A stretch of 46,724 nucleotides of DNA from a virus. Lineage: Duplodnaviria > Caudoviricetes. A program made the translations under genes and the position numbers. The notes under the pieces were generated by a model. The model searched no databases and was not told the origin of the DNA. It saw only the letters and a list, made by a program, of their open reading frames with translations. Location of the stretch: IMG/VR virus record IMGVR_UViG_3300048852_000028, positions 1 through 46,724 of that record, one strand, 5' to 3'. Below are positions 17,033 to 25,330 of the stretch, in pieces (the first letter of the stretch is position 1; every line of letters starts with the position of its first letter).

Positions 17033-17140
17033 TTAGATCAGGTGCCCGATCGACATGCCCAGCAAGGCAACGGCTCCCAAGCCATCGATCAGAAGCAAAG
17101 AGTTGATTATCCGCTCGAAGATGGCTTCGCGGTTGAGCAT
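17033..17140 (-). CDS. Small membrane peptide
   Basis: GGAGG RBS; MLNREAIFERIINSLLLIDGLGAVALLGMSIGHLI*. Confidence 0.45.
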   Translation of the reverse strand: MLNREAIFERIINSLLLIDGLGAVALLGMSIGHLI

Positions 17141-17278
17141 GTTTGTGGCCTCCCCATGATACTTCATAGGGAAGCTTCGCCTTAGGCTCTTTGTGCGAGC
17201 GCAAACACTGATGCTTGATGCCCCGGCCAGTACGTAGAGGAGCACCTGGCCGAGAGGCTGGGGCTGTTGAGGTAGTAC

Positions 17279-17848
17279 CTAGCCGTGACGCACCGGTGGC
17301 TTTGCTCCAGACGGAGGAAACCCGGTCTCCATGTCGAACTTTCGCCGCCGGCTCTCAACTAACGGGATCCTCATTCTGATGCTCAAGAGGAGCATTATCG
17401 AAGTGTCCGTGAAGGCTGCCCGCGGTGTTCCATTCGTGGGTGCGCCGAAGATGTTGGTAGAAGTTGATTTCAGGTTGGCAACTCTCGCGGCACGAGACTG
17501 GTCTGAGAGCTTAACCATGATGTCATGCGCGAAGTCATTCCGGATCTTTCTTATGATCTCGCAATCGTCTCTCTCCCGCTGAGATACCAGCCCTAGCGCA
17601 AATGATGCCGATACACGGCTGGAAAATGTCGAGAGTGGCGAGCTACCTCCGCTCGACAAAAGCCTTTTGCTCGCCTCATCTTCGAGGAGGAATGCAGCTA
17701 TCAGCTTCGCAAGCGCGTCATCCAACATCGCGGCACATACCAGTACACACCCGCGTTCGCTCTCATTATTAAGTTCGGCGGTTTTCTGGAAGAGTTCGGG
17801 CAGGAAGTCGGGCGGTGAGCCCGCAAACTGGATCTCGTGATCGCTCAT
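17279..17848 (-). CDS. MtlR-like HEPN-fold protein
   Basis: ESERGCVLV, PLSTFSSRV, IRKIRNDFAH (RxxxxH); GGAGGAG RBS. Confidence 0.8.
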   Translation of the reverse strand: MSDHEIQFAGSPPDFLPELFQKTAELNNESERGCVLVCAAMLDDALAKLIAAFLLEDEASKRLLSSGGSSPLSTFSSRVSASFALGLVSQRERDDCEIIRKIRNDFAHDIMVKLSDQSRAARVANLKSTSTNIFGAPTNGTPRAAFTDTSIMLLLSIRMRIPLVESRRRKFDMETGFPPSGAKPPVRHG

Positions 17849-17944
17849 TTCTCCTCCCGGCCCTGTGATCGAGTAAAACTTACAGCAGTCGTGCCCGTGG
17901 GCAAGCTCACTAATATCAAGCCTCGGTTGTCCTCCGCTCCTCTC

Positions 17945-17985
17945 AGGCTGAGCCAAAAAGAAAGGGCTCCGAAGAGCCCTTATCG
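17945..17985 (-). terminator. Intrinsic terminator
   Basis: AAGGGCTC-TTCG-GAGCCCTT plus a U-run on minus. Confidence 0.75.
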
Positions 17986-18246
17986 TTAGCGACGGACCGT
18001 CCAGCAGCGCTGGACACGTTCCCTTACGATCCTGCCTCGAACGCGCTTGGTCACGGTGTCCCACTTGCACTCCCTATGAGGGCGTCCAAATCGCCCATCG
18101 CCAGGGCGATATTGAGCGTAGGTGATATCGGACTTGGATGAGAGTTCCGGAATACGGACGAGAGGTCGAGCCTGTGGCGCAGGCCCGCTCAGGCTGACGA
18201 ACCCAGCCAGAGCAACAGTAGCGAGCGCGAGCTTTCCAAAAGTCAT
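17986..18246 (-). CDS. Small secreted Arg-rich protein
   Basis: Signal peptide, AQY motif, C...C pair; followed by its own terminator. Confidence 0.75.
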   Translation of the reverse strand: MTFGKLALATVALAGFVSLSGPAPQARPLVRIPELSSKSDITYAQYRPGDGRFGRPHRECKWDTVTKRVRGRIVRERVQRCWTVRR

Positions 18247-18389
18247 AGGTGATCCTTGTTCTTAGTTGAGCCCCGGCGCGCAAAGACACCCCAGCAAGTG
18301 AACAGTTGGTTAATCCAGACATTACGATTTGGTCATGGTGGCGATGCCCAAGCCCCTAGATCACAGAGCAAGGCAGAGAGAACACGACT

Positions 18390-18521
18390 CTACCGCCGTC
18401 TGGTAAAATGGCCGACAGCTGCTCCTAAGGCGATGCCGATGGCAATCCCGATCGCGACGTTGTCCATAGCAGCGCCTAAGGCGGCACCGAGGCCCACACC
18501 AATCGCCATGCCCAGAGCCAT
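18390..18521 (-). CDS. Gly-zipper membrane peptide
   Basis: MALGMAIGVGLGAALGAAMDNVAIGIAIGIALGAAVGHFTRRR*. Confidence 0.6.
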   Translation of the reverse strand: MALGMAIGVGLGAALGAAMDNVAIGIAIGIALGAAVGHFTRRR

Positions 18522-18553
18522 CGTTCAATCTTTCCTATTCGGTAGGGGTCTGA

Positions 18554-18883
18554 ATGATGGCTCCTGATCGCAGAGCCCGCAACCGTGAGCACAACGCCAA
18601 GCGAGGCTCAGCCCGAGAGCGCGGTTACAACACAAGGTGGGAGAAAGCCCGTAAGACCTACCTGATGCGCAATCCCCTGTGCGTCATGTGCCAGAAGGAA
18701 GGGCGAGTGACAGCGGCTACGGTGGTCGATCATATCATCCCGCATAAGGGCGACACCGCTCTGTTCTGGGACACCGAGAACAACTGGATGTCGTTATGCG
18801 CTCACTGTCATAACTCGACAAAACAGCGGATGGAGAAGGGTCGGTTTCAAGTTGTGGGCGAGGATGGCTGGCCTGTTGAGTAG
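18554..18883 (+). CDS. Terminase-associated HNH endonuclease (HK97 gp74-like)
   Basis: RGYNTRW, PLCVMC, VVDHIIPHKGD, LCAHCHNSTK, DGWP. Confidence 0.9.
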   Translation: MMAPDRRARNREHNAKRGSARERGYNTRWEKARKTYLMRNPLCVMCQKEGRVTAATVVDHIIPHKGDTALFWDTENNWMSLCAHCHNSTKQRMEKGRFQVVGEDGWPVE

Positions 18884-18973
18884 GAGAGTCGTCTCAGGCT
18901 AAAATAATTCGGCCCGACGCAGTGCTTGCAACACTGGCCGGGCCTAACCGCTAACGATCGTGCGAGGATCGAA

Positions 18974-19732
18974 ATGGCTGAAATTATTACTCCCGCAAAA
19001 CGGGAGAAAGCGCAATGCTCTGGCGATGGTTGTTCCAAACCTTCTTGGGCCAGAGGCTACTGCAAGACCCACTATTCCCGCTGGCGCATCCATGGAGATG
19101 CTAACAAGGTTCTTAACGGCAGCCGCCTGCCTCCTATCTGCGAGGCTCCTGGGTGTGACCGCAAGACCCACACCAGATGGAAGCGCGGCATGGCAGTGTG
19201 TAACCGGCACTGGCAGATGCTCCATCGCTATGGGCAGTTAAAGGCCCCGCCGTCCGCTCCGCTCGACCCGCTGCCTCTTTGCTCGGTTGCGAAGTGCAGG
19301 AATGAGGTAAGGTCCAGGAGTGCTGGCCTCTGCGAGAAGCACTATGGCCGTCTGCGTCGTGGTGTTGCAGTCAATGAAGATAGGACGGTTATCGGTCGGT
19401 ATCTGAACCACGCTGGCTACATCAAGGTTCTTCGCCCTGACCACCCCTTAGCCGATAGCAAAGGGCAGGCATACGAACACCGTGTCGTGGTTTACGACGC
19501 GAGGAAAGGCAAAGAGCCTAACTGCTTCTGGTGTGACAAGGCACTGACCTGGTCTGAGGCAGTCATAGACCACCTGAACGAGACCAAGGACGACAACAGG
19601 GCTGAGAACCTTGTGCCAGCTTGCAACGACTGTAACAGAGCAAGGGGCGCAATGGTCCCATTCCTGAAACGGATGAAGTGCGAGGCAGTTGCCCCCTTCA
19701 TAGAGACGATCAAGACGATACGAGGCGAGTGA
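18974..19732 (+). CDS. Free-standing HNH homing-type endonuclease
   Basis: Three C-x4-C...C-xxH repeats, YEHRVV, CFWC...IDHLNETKDDNRAENLVPACNDCN. Confidence 0.85.
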   Translation: MAEIITPAKREKAQCSGDGCSKPSWARGYCKTHYSRWRIHGDANKVLNGSRLPPICEAPGCDRKTHTRWKRGMAVCNRHWQMLHRYGQLKAPPSAPLDPLPLCSVAKCRNEVRSRSAGLCEKHYGRLRRGVAVNEDRTVIGRYLNHAGYIKVLRPDHPLADSKGQAYEHRVVVYDARKGKEPNCFWCDKALTWSEAVIDHLNETKDDNRAENLVPACNDCNRARGAMVPFLKRMKCEAVAPFIETIKTIRGE

Positions 19733-19971
19733 GCATGATGTTTACCCACATCGGTAGGAAATGGTCGGTTATTCAGATTGGCGGCTCGTTCTTCGCACGT
19801 GATGATCAGGGTTGCGATACTGGCCCGTATTCAACCGCTAAGCCGGCAGCTGAATGGGCCGGAGCCATCAGGCCGTAAGCAAGCCTCACCATAACAGGGA
19901 CAAGCAAAGGGAAGAGCAACGACGCTTTCGGCCTGTGGGTGATGACGGGTGGCCCATATAGGCGGCTGGCT

Positions 19972-20247
19972 CTACTCGCCCGCGTCAATATCTCGGAACA
20001 TCTCTCGTAGCGCCGCTAGAAGCATCGGATGAGCCTGTTTTCCCTCCGCCATGGATAGAAAGTCGTTGATGCCGAACCGCTCTTTGCTCTCGGTAAAATC
20101 TACGTCAGTATGTGTGATCTGATGTTGCAGGGTGTTTTCTATCCAGAGCCCTGGAGCGTCTGTATCAAGAACTAGATGCCACCACTCTCGAGTGCTTCCT
20201 GACGGATACGCGGCACTGAACGCCAACTCGCGCTTTAAAACAGGCAT
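19972..20247 (-). CDS. Hypothetical accessory protein
   Basis: GGAGA RBS; 91 aa, antisense to the late operon. Confidence 0.6.
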   Translation of the reverse strand: MPVLKRELAFSAAYPSGSTREWWHLVLDTDAPGLWIENTLQHQITHTDVDFTESKERFGINDFLSMAEGKQAHPMLLAALREMFRDIDAGE

Positions 20248-20397
20248 TCGTTTTCTCCACGTGTTCTTGTGACCAGTGAGGAGAGAGGCGAGATAGCGTA
20301 GTAGATGTAGAAGCCACAGACCGATCCGTGGCTTCTCACAGACTGTACGTAGTACGGTGGACCTCGATCGCTAGAATGATAGTGGCCCATGAAAATC

Positions 20398-20589
20398 TTA
20401 GTAAGTGTCACACATTTCAGACGGCGTAACTGCGACAGGCACTTGTGACCCAGAGCCGTACACGTTTGACGCCAAGGCGAGAGCAGCCCAGCGGGCCTCT
20501 TCCTCAGTTGTGTACTGATAGACAGTCTGACCCTGGCATATAACGGACCAGAGTTCTTCCTGCAGCTGCATAACATCGAAACGTGGCAT
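20398..20589 (-). CDS. Small hypothetical protein
   Basis: WSVICQG...YTTEEEARWAALALA pattern. Confidence 0.5.
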   Translation of the reverse strand: MPRFDVMQLQEELWSVICQGQTVYQYTTEEEARWAALALASNVYGSGSQVPVAVTPSEMCDTY

Positions 20590-20651
20590 GTTGTCGGCCC
20601 CCAGTGACGAGAAAAGCCTAACCTTTCGATTTCGCACCTGCAGCATACTCT

Positions 20652-20745
20652 GAAGGGGTAGGGGGGTGGTCAAAGGTTTAGATCCTTTCCACCTCGGACC
20701 GGCGTGCATCCAAAACTTCTCATTTTTGCAGATTAACGTTCTAAG
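20652..20745. other. Probable cos/packaging region
   Basis: Non-coding G-run (GGGGTAGGGGGGTGGTCAAA) and GGACCGGCG just upstream of terS; position typical of HNH/cos phages; cut site not defined. Confidence 0.4.
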
Positions 20746-20759
20746 ATTGGATACTTGCA

Positions 20760-21155
20760 ATGGCTAAGCGTGGCGCGAAGCCCAAGCCTGCGCATCTTCG
20801 CCTGATCGAAGGAACAAGAAATGTCACGCGCCACGGGACCGAAAAAGAGATCCGTGAGGCGGTTGAGGCGAGCGTTCAGAGTTTCGGGAAGTTGACCCGC
20901 CCTAAGTACCTGAAGGGCGAGGGGTTGGCCGCCTGGAAGAGGTACATCGAGCCAGCGTCTTGGCTGGATGCTTCCAGGGAGCCGGCAGCGATAGCGTTTT
21001 GTGAGTTGTGGCAAGAGTTCCGGTTTGCCCCCACGAGTTTTCCGGCTTCGAAGCATGGGCAGATGCGGGCCTACATGAGCGAGCTCGGCCTGACGGACGA
21101 ACGCAATAGAGGCGATACCGAGCGGGATGACAAAGACGAGTTCTTCGACGACTGA
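20760..21155 (+). CDS. terS: Terminase small subunit
   Basis: RGAKPKPAHLRLIEG N-terminus; ELGLT...R C-terminus. Confidence 0.85.
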   Translation: MAKRGAKPKPAHLRLIEGTRNVTRHGTEKEIREAVEASVQSFGKLTRPKYLKGEGLAAWKRYIEPASWLDASREPAAIAFCELWQEFRFAPTSFPASKHGQMRAYMSELGLTDERNRGDTERDDKDEFFDD

Positions 21156-22979
21156 TCGCGCCACTCTCTATGCAGAGGCCGTCGTCAGAGGCGAAATCGT
21201 TGCTGGCCCCCATGTCCGGAACGCCTGCAGGCGCCATCTGGACGATCTGAAGCGGGATGACATCGCATTTGACCCGGCCGCAGCCACGAAGGCGCTCCGG
21301 TTCTTCGAAGAGAAGCTTCGGCTGAGCGAGGGACAGTTCGAGGTAGGGCTTTCAAGTCTCAGCCTCCGCAGGATTTCATCATCGGGTCGCTGTTCGGCTG
21401 GAAAAAACTGGACGGCCGGCGCCGGTTTCGTCGGGCTTACATCGAGCAGGGCAAGGGGAACGGGAAATCGCCCCTTGCTGGCGGGATTGGGCTCTATGGC
21501 CTGATGGCTGATGGCGAGGCGGGCGCGGAAATCTACTCGGCTGGCGCGACAAAGGACCAAGCTGGCATCCTTTTCCGCGATGCCGTGAAGATGGTCGACA
21601 AATCGCCGGATCTCGACAAGCGCCTCAAACGCAGCGGCGGCCCCGGCAAGGAATACAACCTCGCATATCTCGCCAAAGGGTCGTTTTTCCGACCGGTTTC
21701 GAGGGAGACGAAGAAGACAGGTTCGGGCCCGCGCCCGCATTTCGCGCTTGTGGATGAGGTCCACGAGCATGCGGATGGCGGCATCATCGAGATCCTTGAG
21801 CGCGGCTTCAAATTTCGTCGCCAGCCCCTCTTGCTGATGATCACCAACAGCGGATCCGACCGAAATTCGATCTGCTGGGCTGAACATGAGCATGCAGTGA
21901 GGGTCGCGGCCGGGAACATCGACGCGAAGGACGAAGATGCCCACTATCTGGGCGAAGTGCTGGACGACAACACGTTCTCTTATGTGTGCGCCTTGGATCC
22001 GGGGGATGATCCGCTGAATGACCCCTCCTGCTGGATCAAGGCAAACCCGCTCTTGGGCGTCACGATCACAGAGGAATACCTGCACGGTGTCGTGGCGCAG
22101 GCCAAGGCGATGCCGAGCAAATTGAACGGCATCCTGCGCCTGCACTTCTGCCATTGGACGGACGCGGACACGGCTTGGATGACGCGAGCGGCTCTTGAGC
22201 CTGCCATTGCCGATTTCGAGCCGCACGACCACAAGGGCAAAGAAATCTGGATCGGCTGCGACCTGTCGCAGAACCGGGACATCACCGCCCTCGCGGCGGT
22301 CGTGAAGACAGAAGAGGTTGAGGTAGTGTCCGAGCGCAATGGTCAGACGCAGACCGTTCGCAAGCCAACCTATGATGCCTGGATCGAGGCCTGGACCCCA
22401 GGAGACACCTTGGACGCCCGTTCTTTGAAGGACAAGGCGCCTTATCGACAGTGGGTCGAGGGCGCGCACATCCATGCTCCGAAAGGGGAGAGCATCCGCT
22501 TCGATCACGTCGCGCAAGCCTTGGCGGAATATGCCCACGATTTCAACGTGAAGTGTGTAGCCTATGACCGCTACGCCTTCCGCAGGGGCTTTGAACCGGA
22601 ATGCGCGGCGCTGGGCATCAATGTCGAGTTCGTCGAGCACCCGCAGGGCGGCACAAAAAAGGGCAAGCCAAACGAAGGGATGGCCCAAACGGCAAAGGCG
22701 GCAGGGCGCGAGTCTGAAGGCTTATGGATGCCTGGTTCGGTGCGCGAGCTTGAAGACGCTCTGCTAGAGGGGCGTATTCGGCTGAAGCGGAACCCGGTGC
22801 TGATCTCGGCCATGATGAGCGCAGTCACCGACAACGACCGCTGGGGCAACTACTGGCTGGCGAAAGAGCGGGCCGTGAACAAGATCGACGCCGCTGTGGC
22901 GCTGTGCATGGCGATCGGCGCCGCGAAATCCTACGAAGGCGCAAAGCCTAAACAATTCCACATGCTTATCCTGGGCTGA
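21127..22979 (+). pseudogene. terL: Terminase large subunit with a 1-nt frameshift near 21342
   Basis: The N-terminal frame switches at FE|GRAF into the frame carrying QDFIIGSLFGW, Walker A GKGNGKS, LVDEVHEH and KIDAAVA. Confidence 0.88.
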
Positions 22980-22993
22980 CAAGGACTCCTGCA

Positions 22994-24964
22994 ATGAACC
23001 GTATGTACTCGGTCCTGACCGTCAAGGCGGTCGAGGAGGACCAGCGTATTATCCGCGGCGTGGCGACGACCCCCAACCCTGACCGAGTAGGGGACATCGT
23101 TGAACCCTTGGGCGTCCAGTTCAAGAACCCCATGCCACTCCTGCACCAACACGACCACGACAAGCCGGTCGGCACCGTCACCTTCGACAAACCTACCAAG
23201 GACGGCATCGCCTTCGAAGCCCGCCTGCCGAAGATCGAAGAGCCTGGCCCGCTGCGTGATCGCATTGAAACCGCGTGGGGTGAGGTCAAGGCCGGGCTGG
23301 CCCGCGCCGTCTCCATCGGCTTCCGCGCTCTCGAATACTCGTTCCTCGATGAAGGCGGCATCCGTTTCAACAAGAGCGAAGTTCTTGAACTTTCTCTCGT
23401 CTCCGTGCCGGCCAATGCCGATGCGGTGATCTCCACCATCGAGTCGATTGATGCCCCTCTGCTCGCCGCGACTGGCAAAGAGCCCAAGGCAACTGATCGG
23501 CCTGTCCGCCCGGGCGCTTCCGGAAAAACCGTCAAATCCGTCAACTTGCGCCCGAAGGAGGGCACTGGAATGAAAACTATCGCTGAACAGATTGCGGCAC
23601 TTGAGGCCTCGCGTCAGGCCAAGTCCGCCCGCATGGCTGAAGTCATGCAGAAGTCCATCGACGAAGGCCGCTCGTCCGATCAGGCCGAGCAGGAAGAGTT
23701 CGACACGTTGGAAGGAGAGGTCGAAGCCATCGATGGCGACCTTAAGCGTCTCCGCGCTCTGGAGAAGGCACAGGCAGCCTCCGCCAAGCCGGTGGTTCAC
23801 AACCAGATCAAGACGGGTGCCGAAGGTGCCGCCGTCCGCTCTGGCGTCTCTCTGCCGAAGCCTGCCCCGGAGAAGGGGATCCGCTTCGCCCGCTACGCGA
23901 AGTGCCTAGCCCTTTCGACAAAGACCCATCAGCCTGTGGCAACTATTGCCGAAGGCATGTACGGCAAGACCGACCCAGATCTTGTCGACATCGTCAAAGC
24001 CGCTGTGTCCGCGATGACGACTAGTAACACGGATGCTCTGATCGGCAACGAGGGCGGCTTCGCGGACTTCGTGGAGTTCCTCCGCCCGATGACGATCCTG
24101 GGCCGCTTCGGAACCGGCAATATCCCGAACCTCACCCAGATCCCCTTCCGAGTGCCCCTGATCACTGAAACTTCCGAGACCGAGGCTCAGTGGGTTGGTG
24201 AAGGCAAGGGTAAGCCGCTGACGAAGTTCACGGTTGGTCGCAACGAGATCACCCCGTTGAAGATCGCAGCCATCGCAGTTCAGACCATGGAACTGATCCG
24301 CGATAGCTCGCCGTCTTCGGACGTGCTCCTGCGCAACTCGCTGGCTAAGGCTATCGCCAAGCGCTCGGACGTCTCGTTCATCGATCCGACCTCCGCGGCG
24401 GTCAACGGCGTACGGCCGGCTTCGATCCTCAACGGTGTCACGGCTGTCACCAACAGCGGGGCAACCGGTGCCGACGGGGTCCGTGAGGATGTGCAGGCGC
24501 TCATCGGCGCCTTCGTTGCGGCACACAACCCGCTTCAGTCCGGTGTCTGGATCATGGGTGCCACCTATGCCTTGCGGCTCATGATGATGCTGAACCCGCT
24601 CGGCCAACGCGAATTCCCCGGCATTACGATGCAGGGCGGCACGTTCTTCGAACTGCCGGTCATCGTCTCGAACTACCTTGGCGACTACGTGGCCCTGGTG
24701 AATGCCGAGGACGTCTACCTCGCTGATGAAGGCGGTGTCGACATCGCCATGTCCACGGAGGCCTCCTTGGAGATGGTCGATAACCCGACGCAGGACGCCG
24801 GCGCCTCCACGCCGGTCGATGCCGAGCTGGTGTCGATGTTCCAGACCAACAGCGTAGCGTTCCGTGCCGAGCGGACAATGAACTGGGCTCGTCGTCGTGC
24901 CAGCGCGGTCGCCTGGATGGACAATATCACCTGGGGTGACCCTGCCGCACCTGAGACGCCTTAA
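22994..24964 (+). CDS. Fused prohead protease and HK97-fold major capsid protein
   Basis: LLHQHDH, SIGF, ELSLVSVPAN, then WVGEG and FQTNSVAFRAE. Confidence 0.92.
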   Translation: MNRMYSVLTVKAVEEDQRIIRGVATTPNPDRVGDIVEPLGVQFKNPMPLLHQHDHDKPVGTVTFDKPTKDGIAFEARLPKIEEPGPLRDRIETAWGEVKAGLARAVSIGFRALEYSFLDEGGIRFNKSEVLELSLVSVPANADAVISTIESIDAPLLAATGKEPKATDRPVRPGASGKTVKSVNLRPKEGTGMKTIAEQIAALEASRQAKSARMAEVMQKSIDEGRSSDQAEQEEFDTLEGEVEAIDGDLKRLRALEKAQAASAKPVVHNQIKTGAEGAAVRSGVSLPKPAPEKGIRFARYAKCLALSTKTHQPVATIAEGMYGKTDPDLVDIVKAAVSAMTTSNTDALIGNEGGFADFVEFLRPMTILGRFGTGNIPNLTQIPFRVPLITETSETEAQWVGEGKGKPLTKFTVGRNEITPLKIAAIAVQTMELIRDSSPSSDVLLRNSLAKAIAKRSDVSFIDPTSAAVNGVRPASILNGVTAVTNSGATGADGVREDVQALIGAFVAAHNPLQSGVWIMGATYALRLMMMLNPLGQREFPGITMQGGTFFELPVIVSNYLGDYVALVNAEDVYLADEGGVDIAMSTEASLEMVDNPTQDAGASTPVDAELVSMFQTNSVAFRAERTMNWARRRASAVAWMDNITWGDPAAPETP

Positions 24965-25024
24965 ACGTTCAAATAACATCGCCGGCCTCGTACGCGGGGC
25001 CGGCATCCTCAGGCGGAGGTTGCC

Positions 25025-25327
25025 ATGAAGAAGTCTTCCTACATGACCCGGGCGATGAAGGCTCGAGATCCTCGCTATGCCCGTATCCTGTCGGGGCTCG
25101 GCTACGAGCGAACCGGCATGGTTGCACAGAAGCCCACGGCGACGAAAAAGCCATTTGCTTGCAAGGGCGATCATGACAGAGATGGCAAGACCGGTGGCGC
25201 CCTGAAGCAGGCGGAAAACCTGTCCGCTCTCCGCAAGCAGTATCAGAACGTCGTCGGCAAGAAGCCGTTCGGCGGCTGGGATGCCAAGATGCTCGAAGCC
25301 AAAATCGCTGCAGCTACCAAGGCCTGA
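25025..25327 (+). CDS. Small head-module protein
   Basis: GGAGG RBS; C-terminal GKKPFGGWDAKMLEAKI. Confidence 0.7.
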   Translation: MKKSSYMTRAMKARDPRYARILSGLGYERTGMVAQKPTATKKPFACKGDHDRDGKTGGALKQAENLSALRKQYQNVVGKKPFGGWDAKMLEAKIAAATKA

Positions 25328-25330
25328 TCA

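Larger units (their letters stand above)
14792..17275 (+). repeat. Five diverged direct repeats encoding AE(R/K)xGLLR*
   Basis: 14792-14818, 15075-15101, 16061-16089 (1-nt deletion), 16999-17025, 17249-17275. Confidence 0.7.

Noticed and set aside
16376-17911. AAGCTCACT occurring three times (about 16377, 16971, 17903)
   Set aside because: Short, with inconsistent position relative to genes; only the last copy abuts a plausible -35
18860-18883. Resemblance of the HNH gene end to the GLLR repeat
   Set aside because: It encodes the conserved DGWP motif in a different reading; probably coincidental
21402-21408. In-frame A AAA AAC as a programmed -1 site for terL
   Set aside because: It lies 20 codons after the homology breakpoint, so shifting here would lose the conserved QDFIIGSLFGW segment; at best a leaky rescue
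21168-25174. Long minus-strand ORFs (506, 289, 422 aa) opposite terL and capsid
   Set aside because: Antisense shadows typical of high-GC coding DNA; no motifs. The same applies to those opposite the J-like gene
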